IMG/VR virus record: IMGVR_UViG_3300049435_000061
Location: 10,530 to 74,529 of that record
Reading direction: 5' to 3' (one strand)
Length of the DNA: 64,000 nt
Source of the DNA: a virus
The translations under genes and the position numbers were made by a program. The notes under the pieces were generated by a model. The model did not search any database. It had not been told where the DNA came from and worked only from the letters and a program-made list of their open reading frames with translations. Positions 48,670 through 60,603 of the stretch are shown here, piece after piece (positions within the stretch are counted from its first letter, which is position 1; each line of letters opens with the position of its first letter).

Positions 48670-49403
48670 CCGCATATCTCCGGTGACGGCAGACTCAGCC
48701 ACATCCACGACTTGCCAAGCGGACCCAGCGTTGACGGCGGTGCCACCACATAGCCGCCGATGCCGCGATGATCCACACCAGGCATCCAGCCCGCCCGGTT
48801 GCCAGACCCGGTGGGTTTGATGTAGAGGTGCAAACCGCCGCTGGCGGTCACAGCGATGCCGTGGATGTCGGGTAGCCGCCCGGCGTCGAGCAGTTGGTGC
48901 AGGCTGGCGATCCCGTTGTCTTTGACGTCGATGTCGACCACGTCGAAAAGGTGGCCGGTGGCCAGGCCAACGTTGTGGTCCGGTGAGCGCTGCCATTGCC
49001 GGTGAACGTCTTCCGGCCTGGTGGTGGCGTCTTTAAATCCGTGCGAGCCCTCCAACGGCGCTTTCGGGCATTGGCACAGCACGGCACATTTGTCCCCGCC
49101 CACACACGGTGTACCAACAGGTCGCAGCGGGAACACCGGCCAGCCCATGCGGGCATAGAACAGGGCACTCGCGGCCAGCTGGCGGGGTTTGCGTCCGTCG
49201 TATTCGGCGGCGGTCAGCGCCTCGGCTTCGCTATCACCGGCCAAGATGGTGGACAGCAGCCCACGGGCCAGTGCGTTGTCCGGTGTCGGCTCAGGTTGAC
49301 ACGTGGGGTGCACCGGCTCGTGCAGGTGCAGGACTTGCATGAGGGTGCGACATTTGGCGCACCTGCTGTAGACGACAGGCTGGCCGTCGAACAGGATGCT
49401 CAC
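48666..49403 (-). CDS. bifunctional DNA primase/polymerase (prim-pol)
   Basis: GWPVFPL, HGFKDATT, VVDID, TASGGLHLY, GGYVVAPPS. Confidence 0.92.
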   Translation of the reverse strand: MSILFDGQPVVYSRCAKCRTLMQVLHLHEPVHPTCQPEPTPDNALARGLLSTILAGDSEAEALTAAEYDGRKPRQLAASALFYARMGWPVFPLRPVGTPCVGGDKCAVLCQCPKAPLEGSHGFKDATTRPEDVHRQWQRSPDHNVGLATGHLFDVVDIDVKDNGIASLHQLLDAGRLPDIHGIAVTASGGLHLYIKPTGSGNRAGWMPGVDHRGIGGYVVAPPSTLGPLGKSWMWLSLPSPEICG

Positions 49404-52400
49404 GGCGTTTCCTCAACAGCCCACCTGGCCACCCATGGGGTTGCCCAGCGGATTCGTCCGGCAGGTGATTCGGGGTGCCATCGTTGTTCGGTGAGTTGGA
49501 GGGCTTCGACTATCCGCTCAGCCCAGTGCCGCGCTACCTGCCAACGCTTTTCGTCGTCGTCCTCAACCCCGTGCTCGTTCAGTTCAGCTTCCAGCACTTT
49601 GGTGATCCGATCAATCAACAGCACGCTCACCAGCAGTCCCCGTTGTGTTGCAGGTGGCACGTATCGCACAGCGGCGCTTGGCGGGCCACCGTCAGGCGGT
49701 CGTTGTAGACGGTGGCGGTGTTGGCGCAGGCGGCGTGCACGATTTCATCGTCGGTGTAGACACATTCGTCCCCGGCGTTGATCCGCCTGTCGCCGTAAGC
49801 GCAGTCGGGTGCGGCGCACCAGCCAGTGTATTTGGCGATGAAACTCATGGCAGCTTCACCAGCACAACGCATCCCGGTACCGGGTCAGGGTCGGTGGGTA
49901 CCATTATGGTCACCCTGTGAAGGCACAGGTGCTCTTTGTCAGCCGTGAAATGGGGCGAGCGCAACACTTTGCACAGCACATTGTCGACGGTGAGGCTGGC
50001 TTTTACAGGCGTGTGGCGTCCACGCCGGTAAACCCTCACAGTGCACGCGCCCGATGCAGGGTTATGTTGCCGTCTTTGCGCAGCGGGTAGACACCACCGC
50101 AGTTGGTGCCGGTGCATAAGCCTCGCATCGTTTTTCCCTCAAACCACGGCTCGCCAAGCGGTGGTTTCCCAGCGCCGGGGCAGCCGATCAACCTGTTGGG
50201 GTTGTGTCCGTATCTCACTTGTCCTCCAACAGGTTTCGGGTGTCGTCCAGTTGCAGGGTGAGGGCGTCGACAATTTGAATGCCGGGAACATTGAGCAGCG
50301 CCGAGGTGATGTGCGGCTCCGCAGACGGTTGCAGCGCCGCCATGTCCACCTCGACTGTGGCGGTCAGTTTGCACCACATTCTCATTTGTTTTTCCGCCCC
50401 GCCTTGACCGCCGCTGCGGTGCACCGACATTCGCCACGGCACCGACCTGTCGTCTTGTGGTGTTTCGGTGTGTGCACGCAGGTGCAGCCTTTCAAACCGG
50501 CCATGCTGTCTCCTTGCCCTAAATGATGTTGCCGTTTTCGTCGGTGTCGATGCACGCACCAACCTCAAGCTGGTCGGCCACCTGGCGCAGCAGCGTCGGA
50601 ATCAGTGCCCGTGGAATACCGTCGAAAGTCATGTCGAAGGTGCTGTCGTGGCGGACCACCAGGTTGAGCAGGTCGGGCTGGTCGTCAGTCAACGGGGTTG
50701 TCCAACCAGTCCTGCAGAAACCAGATGGCTTTTTCGATGTCTTCGCGGTCGTTGAATTTGCCGCCGAACGCCACCCGCCAAATGTATTTGACTGCGGTGA
50801 ACAGTCTTCCGTCTTTGATGTGGCGGATAACCTCGATGCATTCGACGGTGTGCGGAATTGCCAGCCCGCCGCCCTCTAGCCTGAAGGTGATTTGCGGTCC
50901 ACGGGTGTAGTGCGGCGGATGGTTCACCATGTCCGGTTGGTCAGTCGACATGGGTGACCTCGCTCACCAGGAAACGGTGCACACGGTCGTTGAGCCACCA
51001 GCGCCGGTTGAGCAGTTGCGCCGGGTCGACACCGGCAGGAACGTGTGACAGCTCGACAAACACGAGTCGGCAATCGTCGCGGCACCACCATGGTTCGCAG
51101 CCGCCAGCGCTGTGCTCCACTTTCCCGTAGGCACCGGCCAGTTCGCAGTTGACGATGGCCACCCGGTCGCCTACGGCGAAACCGTTGATGCGTTGCACCT
51201 CCGGTTGTTCGATGGCTGGCTGCTCGCTCATATCGCTATCACCGTCTTCACAAGTTGCTCGACGGTGCCGGGCGTTTTGCACCACCGGCACTGCCATTTC
51301 AGGTTGGGCTGTTCGCGGTGCATACGGCGGCACAGGCGGCACACGAATGTTGTGCCGCCGCAACACCGTTGGCGGTACAACCAGACTGCCGGGTGTGGGC
51401 ACACCACCATAAACGGTCGGCACTCGCACTGTTTGGTGTCGCCAATCAGTGCTTCGATGTCAACGTCAGATTGCGAAGCGGTGGAGGAAAGCATTTGCGG
51501 TCCTGATGGCGTGTTGTAGGGCATCGTCGTATTGCTTGTTGCGGCGCAACGCTTCGGCGTGGTCGACGTCCGGTCCCCAAATCTGGTGGCAGCCTTGCAG
51601 GGTGCGGTCACACGTGTCGGGGTAGATGCCCAGTCGTCCCGACCTGCGTATCGGGCACCGCCTGCGGGCCACCAGTTTGTTGGCGTGCGCCAACGCTTCA
51701 GCCCACGTGTCGAAGTATTTGGCGGTCCTCGGTACCGGTTTGTCGCCGTACATTCCGTGGGCAAGCCAGCGGTCGGGTTGCGTGATTGACCGCTTCACTT
51801 TGGCGCGGGTCGGTTTAGGCATTGTCGGCTCCCAGGTCGGTTCTGATCCGTTCCAACCGAATCTCCATACCGATCAGCAGTTTCTGTATACCGATCAGCA
51901 GTTCCCGTGTGTCGCATTGGCCCGCAACGTCACATGTCGTGCACGGATCTGGATGCAGGTCTTTGAGCATGTCCAGATACCAGTCGATGCCGTTACGCAT
52001 GGTTGACCCCGTCTTTGGTTGGTTTGTCCGGCCAGCCGTCCACGGCGACATAGCGGACCGGCTCGTCCGGTTCGTCTATGTTGAACATGGGCACGTCAGC
52101 CGTCTCGGCTTTACCTCGCCGGATGACCGGTGGTTCCGGTTGGTGGGCGTTGCATTTGATGGTGCGCTCCATCTCATCGGCGCGCGGCATCCGATCCCAT
52201 TGCGGCGGTTTACGGTCCTCGCGCAACGCCTTCAACCAGATCGGGCACGCCGTGTTTTTGCCGTGCAGCCGCCGTGCCGCCTCGTCCGGTTGGAAACATG
52301 TGTGGCACCAACGCATCTGCCAGATGTCTCGGTGGGTGTTGTTGCGGAACAGTGTCATTGGCTTTGCTCGCATAATTGCGCCTTACGTCAACCCGATGTT

Positions 52401-55258
52401 GCGGGGTGTCAATGTGTCGAGCGGTACCAACCGCTCCGACCCTCCGTCTACCCACAGCTTCACGGGAACGTCTTGATGTTCGGCCCATTGCGCCATGAGA
52501 ATGCCGCGATCAAGGGCAGTGGAGTAGCGGCATTCCCGCAGATCAGTCCCGCTGTTTTTGCAGTCGTGCGAGTGCAGTATGTAGACCGTCTGTTCAGCCG
52601 AGACGGCCCGCCCGTAGTGCGCCGTCTGGTGTCGTTCGACGCCGACGATTCTTTCAATGTCCTCGGTCGGAACTAGGTCGGTCATGGTGTCCTCTCGTGT
52701 GCCGATAATGTTTCGACTGGCTCTAGGTAGCCGATGGATTGAAGGGCTTCTACGGCGACGTTCGCCATCTCGCATGCTTCGATCAATGCGTCCCAGGCGG
52801 CGTGGTTAGACCCGCCCCGTTCGTTGCTACAGTCCCAATCGTTGCCTTCGCGAAAGCACCCGCTGTTCTCGTGCGTCTGCTGCTTGGCGCACAAGACCTG
52901 CGTTTCTGTCCACCCGGTGTGCAGCATCCATGCGCGGGCTATGGCTTCAATCTCTGCGGCCATTGTTTACTCCTTGCCGATAACCTGCGCTATGTCGTTT
53001 TCGGCGGGATGTGAATCAGCCGTGCCTCGCGGCGTTTTCGTTCGGCCTGCGCTGCTTTCACACCATCGGTGGGTTGCCGCCACCAGCTGTCGGTGTGTGG
53101 TGGTGCTTTGAATCTCGGGTCGCTGCGCTCCGGTTGCTGTTGGGCGCGACGGAATGCACTGTTCATTGCTGTTCTCCTTTAAGGTGTTTCGATTTGCGAC
53201 GGCGAAAGCTGCACAAGCCACGGGAAGCCCGCCTTGTTGTAGACCAACACCTCATATGTCTGGCCGTTGAATCCTTGGACGGTGCCGAGGGTGTCACGCA
53301 TCCAGCCGGGCTTTTTGTCGTCGGTGATCCGCACCCGGACACCTTTTTGGTGCGCAGCAGGTGCGTCGTCGTTGGCGTGCGGGTCGTGCGGGTCGCGGAA
53401 CGGCTTGCCGCCCACACGGAACCATTCGCGGCACTCATGGGTTTCTATACGGATCAGCCGGTGTTGCAGCCACAACCAGAACGCTTCGTTGTCGTACACG
53501 GGCGGTACCGGACTGTTCACTCGCACCGACCACGGTTCATCGGGCCGGTAGGTGTTGGCGTCGTCGTAGGTGATGGCCAGCCACACACCTTCAAACTCGT
53601 GCAGAAACGGTCGTATCCGCCAGCCCGGCTTGTATGTGACTGCGCCAAGCGCCTTTTCAACTGCTGACAGGTCGGCGTTGAAGGCGGGGTGGACGGTCAC
53701 CGAATCGCCTCATCGGCAACAGCTATAAACCCTTCGGCTTTGCGTTGCTGGCGGGCGGCGAACTGTTGAGCTTCCCATGCGTCGTAGAACCCGAATGTCC
53801 GTGCCAGAATGCGATAGTCCTCAGGTCCCAACGGTGCCGCCCGGTCATAGCATTGTTGGTTGGTCAGCTTCTCGATTGGGTGGTGACCGCACGTGCAGTC
53901 CGGTTCACATTTGGGCCGGACACCTGATCTGCCGGTCATTCGACACCGCCGATCACCTGTTTGATCAGGGCCAGCTTTTGTGTTCTGCCATAGTCTTTGT
54001 CGGCCAGAATGATCCGCACCGCTTGCAGCTTCTGGAAGTCGGCAAGCATGGACGGGCGCAGATCTTTAACGTCATGCTCGGTGATCGACGGTGGATGCAA
54101 CGCTGTCAACGCCTTACGAACTTGGGCGGCTGCTCGGTCGACGTCGTGGTTGAATTCTTGTGCGAAACCTTCAGGGCGAGTCGCATATCCGTGCGACGTC
54201 TTGGAAAACTTTGTTCCCCAAGCCTGTACGGTAACCGTGGTGTAGATGTCGTGGGTCACTGTCCCACCTCCAAAAACCAGTGCCAACGCCACACGCGGAT
54301 GCGCAGGCGGATGCCGAACCGACTGGACGGCAAGTAGTCGGCTGGTGTCAGCCGGTAATGTGTTACGTGCATTAGTGTTTTGGTCCTCCTGTTACCCCTG
54401 GGTGAACGCGGCGTGAGCTTGTGCGCCGGTTGTGAATGTTCTAGCGGCGTGCGGATCATCTGGGGGCGGCAGGATGTACCACTGCCCATGCTTTTTGAAA
54501 ATCAGCCATTTGGTTCGCATCAGTGTTTGGTCTTTCTGTTGAGACGTGACATCGAGCAGTCGTTGCACACCCGGTAGCCGCCGTAGGCGGGGTATAGGTA
54601 GTCGCGGCCACAGCAGCCGCAACGCCTGCTGGTGTAGCCGGTCGGCGGTGTTGGTGGTTTCCGCATGTCACGCCGTGACCCATTCGCCGTTGTCATCCAT
54701 TCGTTCCATCGGACGCCAGCCAGGGTCGGCGTCGTGGTTGTCTGCCGGATGGTTGGTGTGTATCCACCAGCCACCGGTCGGGCAGTCCTGCCACCAACAT
54801 TGTGTTTGGCATTCGATGCACTTGCCGGAAAAGTGGGTTGCCATGTCACACCATGTAGCAGCGGTTGCCGTCAGCGTCGAACAGGTTGCCCTGCTGTGCG
54901 ACCTCGATGCGTACATAGGAGGGCACCGTCCACACGGTGGTGCCCTCGACTCGCACCACTCGTACGCGGCGGCGCAACGTTTTCTTGTCGGAGGTGTACA
55001 GCACCTCGCCGACCTGTGGTTGGCTCATTGTTCGTTGGCCCGCTTCGCTATTCGCACCGTGTTGTAGTCGGGCACCCACCGGTTTTTGGCGTCCCGGTAG
55101 CCGTCGATGGTGAGCACGTCGTCAACGTCTGCACCTAATTGGTTGGCGGCTTCGGTGAACCGCGCCATGTCGAGGCGCATCCCGTTGACGGTGAGCTGCG
55201 GCACCGGCTTGGTCAGGTTGGCACGCAACGGTTTGTCGATGCTTTTGCCGACGCTCAT
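49400..55258 (-). CDS. array of >20 small hypothetical genes, many with CxxC motifs
   Basis: densely packed, ATGA/GTGA-coupled minus-strand ORFs. Confidence 0.6.
50685..50951 (-). CDS. DUF3310 protein
   Basis: DMVNHPPHYT, KYIWR, EDIEKA.W. Confidence 0.85.
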   Translation of the reverse strand: MSTDQPDMVNHPPHYTRGPQITFRLEGGGLAIPHTVECIEVIRHIKDGRLFTAVKYIWRVAFGGKFNDREDIEKAIWFLQDWLDNPVD

Positions 55259-55653
55259 GCCGCCCACGACCCTTCATTCGGTATCTTGTCGACAGTCCCC
55301 GCCGCCACTGCCTGCTGGTATCCGCTGCGGGCCAGACGTTCCCGCTTGCGGGTTCGCAGCGTTGCCGGGATGGTGAGCTGGCCGTTGTGCAGTTTCAGGT
55401 CGGTCATCAGCATGTGCACCGCGAAATGGCAGCTGTCACACAAGCTGACCAGGTTGGCGGCTTCGCTTTTGCCGCCGCACGTCAACGGCAGAATGTGATG
55501 CCACACGTAACGCAACGGCGTGGGTCGGTGATGGTCGGTGATCGCACAGTTGGTGGCTCTGCCGACACCGGCCAACCACATTGCCCCAAGCAGATGGGCA
55601 GCATGACCCGGTTGGCGTCCGTTGGCTATGTCGTCTAGTTCGCGGTCGTACAT
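55255..55653 (-). CDS. HNH endonuclease
   Basis: HHILP...GG....NLV.LC.SCH..VH. Confidence 0.8.
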   Translation of the reverse strand: MYDRELDDIANGRQPGHAAHLLGAMWLAGVGRATNCAITDHHRPTPLRYVWHHILPLTCGGKSEAANLVSLCDSCHFAVHMLMTDLKLHNGQLTIPATLRTRKRERLARSGYQQAVAAGTVDKIPNEGSWAA

Positions 55654-55666
55654 TGGGTGGCACCTT

Positions 55667-56422
55667 TCACATCAGGACCGGAACAAGGGAGTCACCCTGC
55701 TCACGGATCAGCAGTTGTTCCAACAGGTCGTCGGCGATCCAGAACGAGCCGTCATGCTCGCCGATGCGCACACCCCACGGCGTGCCGTCGCGTTGCACCC
55801 AATGGTTGGTGCAGCCGGTGTGCGACCTCAGCTTGGGTGTCGGGGGACGCCAGGCGTAAGCCAGGATTGCGTGGCCACCGGAAGGTTGATCGGACGATGT
55901 TGGGCCGTAAACCCAGCCAGCGCCGTTGTACTCGAACATGGAGTCATACCAGTTGAGGCCCAGCATGATTGGCTGGGTTTGCAGGGTGGCGCGGAAAGCG
56001 TCGAACGTGCGCGTCCAGTTGTAGCGCCCGATGCCGCCCAACTCCTGTCCGGCTTTGGCGATGCCGACGCCAGAAGTTCCGGTGTCTTCAGGCGGGTAGT
56101 GCCCTGGTATGCCGTCGTCGTCCAATGTTGTTGCCAGGCTGTAGGCGTCGAGCGCGTCAAATTCGGTTGGGTAGGCAGCTACTCGGTGTGACCGTTTGCG
56201 GTTGTACGCTTTCCGGTTGTTGATGGCTTTGGCGCAGCCCAGAAACTCCATCAGCGTGTTGCCTTCGCAGCTGCCGACGTTGCCCTGGTTGAGGTGCGGC
56301 ATGGCCAGCGTGTGGGTGACACTTCGCAGCGGCCCGGTGGCTTTGCGGATAGGGTGCAGAAAGTCGAAGTTTCGCGGGTCGTGCTCGACGGTGCGGCCCA
56401 GCAGGTGCGGTCCAATAGTCAT
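55667..56422 (-). CDS. papain-like (C1) cysteine peptidase
   Basis: NQG.VGSC, GGHA, TNHW...WG...G.FW. Confidence 0.8.
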   Translation of the reverse strand: MTIGPHLLGRTVEHDPRNFDFLHPIRKATGPLRSVTHTLAMPHLNQGNVGSCEGNTLMEFLGCAKAINNRKAYNRKRSHRVAAYPTEFDALDAYSLATTLDDDGIPGHYPPEDTGTSGVGIAKAGQELGGIGRYNWTRTFDAFRATLQTQPIMLGLNWYDSMFEYNGAGWVYGPTSSDQPSGGHAILAYAWRPPTPKLRSHTGCTNHWVQRDGTPWGVRIGEHDGSFWIADDLLEQLLIREQGDSLVPVLM

Positions 56423-56714
56423 TGTTCACTTAAACTTTCGCTCGTATTTTGTGTCCAGCCATTCGTCTTCGGTGTTGTAGTCGGGACATCGCCGGGTGTC
56501 GAATTCGTGTTCGTTTGCGGGCCAACAACAGTGTTTGCAGGCGTCCTCGGTGAGACCTGGATGGTTGCTCACAGCGCGTTTCCTTTCGTTAGCATCTGGA
56601 GGATCTCGTTTAGTTGGCACTGCATTTTTCGTAACATGCAGATAGGACACAGTGTGGGGTGGCTGTTGTCGCGCGGGCGGTTGCATCTGGCGCAGCGGCG
56701 CAACACGTCGTCCA

Positions 56715-57155
56715 TCAGTAGGCTTTGTTGCCGTGGCGGTGTGGCCGGGTCAGGTTGAAGTTGTGTTTGCGGATCAACGCTTCGGCGATAGGTATGTCGA
56801 GTCTCTGGCAGGTGTCGAGGATGCGGATGATGGTGTCGGCGAACTCGGACGCAATGCCCTCCGGTTTGCCCAGCTTCCCTTGATATTCCGGCATGTCACT
56901 GACACTGCCCTGCCCGATAAAGCCTTCATGTTTGAACCACAGCACCGGCTCGTGGTTGCGGTCGCATTCCAGCGCCTCCGACAGTTCCGAATGCATCAAC
57001 GCGATCATCTCGCCCATGTTGCGGTTGCCGCCGTCGACATCCCACCAGCCGTGGTCGACGGCTGTCTGGTGAACCTGTAAGGCCAGAACGGTGATGCCTT
57101 TGCGGATCACCTCTTCATATTCGGCGTCGATTGGCTGTTGAACGGTTTCGGTCAT
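56715..57155 (-). CDS. MazG-like nucleotide pyrophosphohydrolase
   Basis: LMHSELSEALE, EFADTIIRILD, N..R..RHG.K. Confidence 0.88.
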   Translation of the reverse strand: MTETVQQPIDAEYEEVIRKGITVLALQVHQTAVDHGWWDVDGGNRNMGEMIALMHSELSEALECDRNHEPVLWFKHEGFIGQGSVSDMPEYQGKLGKPEGIASEFADTIIRILDTCQRLDIPIAEALIRKHNFNLTRPHRHGNKAY

Positions 57156-57264
57156 CGGTTTCCCATTTCTCGTGCCGGGTTGTTTGGGTAGGTGCGCGTG
57201 CAGTGCGGGCAGAGATTCCATGTCGTCGAAATGTGCGCCGGGTTGCCGCACCACATGCATTGGT

Positions 57265-57846
57265 TCACGGTCCGATCACCTTCACCGTCCAACCGAACAT
57301 GTGTAGGTGACCGGCCATGGCATATGCCTCGTCGCGGCCTTCCGGCGCGGCCAGCGTCACGTCGGTGTGGTTGCGTTGCGCCGACACGAACCATTCGACG
57401 GTTCGCCGCAACGGGTTGAGTGGTGTTTCACGCGGGCCGGAATTCTTGGCCGGTTTCGTCCAGCCACTACGGTCTGGTTTGGCGCGACCGTTCGGGTAGC
57501 GGCCCGCCGCTTCCAGTTCTTCGGGGCTGCGGACACGGCGCGTCCCGGTGGTGGGTCGTGGGGTGACATTTTCGGCCCGTGCACGCCCGCTGTCGTATCG
57601 TGTGCCAGCGGCAATCTCAGCGGGGCTGCGGCGGTTGCGTTGCCGTGTGCACGGCGACGACAAGCAATGGTTGGCGTTGGTGTTGGGGTCGGCACATCCT
57701 GCACACCGGCACGGGCATCGCCGTTTCTTCACAGTCGGTGCTACAGGTTCCAACCTGTGGGTGGGTTGGGTCTTCTCGTTTTGGTGTTTCAACGTTTCCA
57801 TCATGTTCTGAAATTCACCCAGCGATAGTTTTGGTAGGTCGGTCAT
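57265..57846 (-). CDS. basic hypothetical protein
   Basis: CPCRCAGC; repeated RSP.E..A.GRY. Confidence 0.6.
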   Translation of the reverse strand: MTDLPKLSLGEFQNMMETLKHQNEKTQPTHRLEPVAPTVKKRRCPCRCAGCADPNTNANHCLSSPCTRQRNRRSPAEIAAGTRYDSGRARAENVTPRPTTGTRRVRSPEELEAAGRYPNGRAKPDRSGWTKPAKNSGPRETPLNPLRRTVEWFVSAQRNHTDVTLAAPEGRDEAYAMAGHLHMFGWTVKVIGP

Positions 57847-58136
57847 CGGCTTCTCCGAATCTCGGATGTCCGTCTGTTGCCTTGGCGTGCGCTGCATTTC
57901 GGGCAGTGCGGTCGGATGTTGTTGTAGTCGTATCGCCCGCCGTGCTCACCGGGTTTGATCCGGTCGCAGACCACGGTGTGAAATGTGACCACGATGGAGC
58001 ATTCCCAGCATTGGGCGACCCAGTGTTCGCCGATTTGCCTGCCGAACTTGTTGAGCAGAAACAGTTTCCGTTTGCGGCGTGTGGCGGTGTTGCCACGTTC
58101 GTTGCTGTTTCGTCGGCCCCTATTCCGTGTCTGCAT
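57843..58136 (-). CDS. HNH-like endonuclease
   Basis: CWEC, DRIKPG..GG.Y...NIRP.C..C. Confidence 0.8.
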   Translation of the reverse strand: MQTRNRGRRNSNERGNTATRRKRKLFLLNKFGRQIGEHWVAQCWECSIVVTFHTVVCDRIKPGEHGGRYDYNNIRPHCPKCSARQGNRRTSEIRRSR

Positions 58137-58286
58137 CGCGTAGGGCGCTTTCAATTTCTGCGGCAAGGGTTTCGGCGCACCGCTGGGCTTCGGCGTATTC
58201 GCATTGCGGACAAAACCAACTGCCGAGAAGTTCCCGCCAGCGCAACGGACGGTGCCTGGTGCGGCAGCCTTTGCATCGCGGCGTCA

Positions 58287-58553
58287 TCAGTAGTCGCCGG
58301 TGTGCCTCAAACCGCGCAGCCGGTCCAGTTTCAGACCCGACCATTTTTCGGTGCGGAACCTGTTGGTGACCACCACGATAGGCAGGCTGGTGTATCCGGT
58401 GGCTTTTGCCGCCGTGTTCGCCTCGGGGTCGACGGTGACGTCCAAATAGGTGTAGCCGCACGGCAGCTGACCTTTCGCAGCCAGCTTGTCCAGCTCGACA
58501 CGGGTGTATTTGCACTGCGGGCATTCCGGCTTGCCGTACACGGTGACGTTCAC
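58287..58553 (-). CDS. nrdH: NrdH-like glutaredoxin
   Basis: VTVY.KP.CPQC, GY..LP.V, WSG. Confidence 0.88.
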   Translation of the reverse strand: MNVTVYGKPECPQCKYTRVELDKLAAKGQLPCGYTYLDVTVDPEANTAAKATGYTSLPIVVVTNRFRTEKWSGLKLDRLRGLRHTGDY

Positions 58554-58960
58554 GGCATGTCCTCTATCGTCTTGAAAGCCGCTGCCCGGTCGTACAGGTC
58601 GCGGATGAAGCCGTCCCAGTCGTGGCCGTTGCGGCGGTCGATACCACGTCCGCTCATCAAAGCCTGCAAAGTGTTGGCAGCTTTGGTCAGTAGCTCCGAG
58701 GTGGGTTTGCGTGAACCGTTGAAGGTTGGTGCGACATTTGACGCAGCGGGGAAATAGATTGCCGCTGGCTCCGAGTAGTTGAAGGTGGGTGCGACGTTTG
58801 GCGCACCAAGCTGCGGTGCACCAAGCGCTTCGGCGAACAGCTCGAACGCATCGGCGATCATGCGGGTTTCGCCGATGTCGTTGGGGTGCGCGGTCAACTG
58901 TTTCGCCACCGAATGCGCCGCGGCGGCAACACTTTCGTTGGACGCTATCGACATGGTCAT
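58550..58960 (-). CDS. hypothetical protein with duplicated NVAPTFN
   Basis: direct repeat with 60-bp period. Confidence 0.65.
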   Translation of the reverse strand: MTMSIASNESVAAAAHSVAKQLTAHPNDIGETRMIADAFELFAEALGAPQLGAPNVAPTFNYSEPAAIYFPAASNVAPTFNGSRKPTSELLTKAANTLQALMSGRGIDRRNGHDWDGFIRDLYDRAAAFKTIEDMP

Positions 58961-59650
58961 CTGAATGCACCGCCGTGCACGTTGACGCGAAAACTGCCAG
59001 ACCAGTGGGGGTTCAGGTCGGCGTCAACAGTGAAGTCTTTGAGCCGCGTAGCCCAGTTGACACTCAGGGTGTGCCTGCCGTGACCGGCATCGGGGTGCAC
59101 CGTTGGATGCCAGTACGGTTGGCCGGTGAGGTGTTGAGGGTCGTGCTTCATGGTCGTGTCCTGTTCTGTCCCTGCCTGTATCTGCGTCTTTTTTCACACC
59201 GTATGCATCGGGTGTGTTTAGCTGATTTGCCGTTGCCCCAGAACTGTTGTGCCGCAAGCAGATGACCGCATGTGATGCACGTTTTGGCTATCAGCTTGCC
59301 GGTGTGCGGAATCCAAAGTGGGTCTCGTTTAACGTTGGGCATTGCGTGGTGGCCCCGTGGCTAGCTGGTGTTCGACGTGGTGAGCACACACATACAAATT
59401 GTTGTCCGCTTTGGCGTGCGCGGAAAACACACAGCCGCAGAAGCATTGCCGGTCGTCGGGTTCGATATCGTTCATCGTCGTAGCCTGCCGTTGGGTTTGT
59501 GGGAATGCTTGATCGCCCGCGCCGACCACCAGTGCTCACGGAACCGGCCATTGACGACGCCGACCAGGTTGTGGCATTTCGGGCACCGCTCCCGTTTGGT
59601 GTGCGGCGGTCCAGGTGCTAGGTCTTTACTGCCGCGACAGCGCGGCGACC

Positions 59651-60076
59651 TCACCGCCTGCATTCGGTGCCGTCCGTAACAGTGCCGTCCGGGTAGCAGA
59701 CTTCCACCGGTCTGTGGCCGTCCAGGGCGTAGCCCACGGTGTACCAGGTGCCACTGCGAGGCCGGGGAGCCGTGTTGGGTGTTGCCGCAAGCAGATCGGT
59801 TCGTGCCACGATGGCGCGATCCCGCATGTGGTAGGGCTTGTGCACCAACACGGTGACGTTGTCGTGGTTCCAGTCGGGTGCCATCATGTATCGCGAATCG
59901 GTGGGTGGGTGCACCACAACGGTTTTGCCGTGGTCCAATGCGATCCGGTGGGACTCTTCGTCGGCCCCGGTGCACGCGCCGTGGTGCACCTCATCGGCCA
60001 GCCTGATTTTGTTTTCCAGCCAACGATGTTGGGCGGTGGTGATACCCATGCGGCTGCCGGAAACGCCGAGAATCAT
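59651..60076 (-). CDS. SLOG-superfamily (DprA/YspA-like) nucleotide-binding protein
   Basis: SGSR, HHGAC.GAD, RDR.IV, SGTW.T. Confidence 0.75.
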   Translation of the reverse strand: MILGVSGSRMGITTAQHRWLENKIRLADEVHHGACTGADEESHRIALDHGKTVVVHPPTDSRYMMAPDWNHDNVTVLVHKPYHMRDRAIVARTDLLAATPNTAPRPRSGTWYTVGYALDGHRPVEVCYPDGTVTDGTECRR

Positions 60077-60603
60077 TGTTGGTCCTCGTCGAACGGTTTA
60101 CATGCCAAACATGCTTGGAAACCGAAAAACCTGCAGGCGCGCAACACTTGGTCGAGACCCCTGGTTTGTGCCCAACGCCAGTCGGCGGCGTCAGCGGCGA
60201 ACCGGCAGTCCGGTTTGTGAATCGTGTTGCCGCCGCGCGAACGTGTCAGGTTCATTCGACCTTCTCCACCCGCACCGAAACGACCTGTATGCACAGTGTT
60301 TCCAGCTGTTTGCGGATCTCGTTGGCGTCCACGGCCACGGTGGTTCGCACCACCGCTGTCACCTTTTGCCGCAAGCCGTTTTGTTTCGCGTGGGCACACC
60401 AGTAGCAATTGCGGTCATATCCCGGTTCGTGCCCAGGAATGTAAAGACAGTTGGGCGTGGTACCGCGATTCACTATTCGTCCTCGAATTCGATGCGGATG
60501 CCGTCGACCCGGTTGCCGCCGTAGAACAGCATCAGCAGCAGGTCGCGGCCTATCGTCTGCTGTTCCTCGTCGTCCAGGTCTGGGAGATTGGTGGCGATCA
60601 TTT

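Noticed and set aside
51867-51903. Direct repeat ATACCGATCAGCAGTT resembling the promoter palindrome half-site
   Set aside because: Explained by a duplicated LLIG peptide; match too short to support
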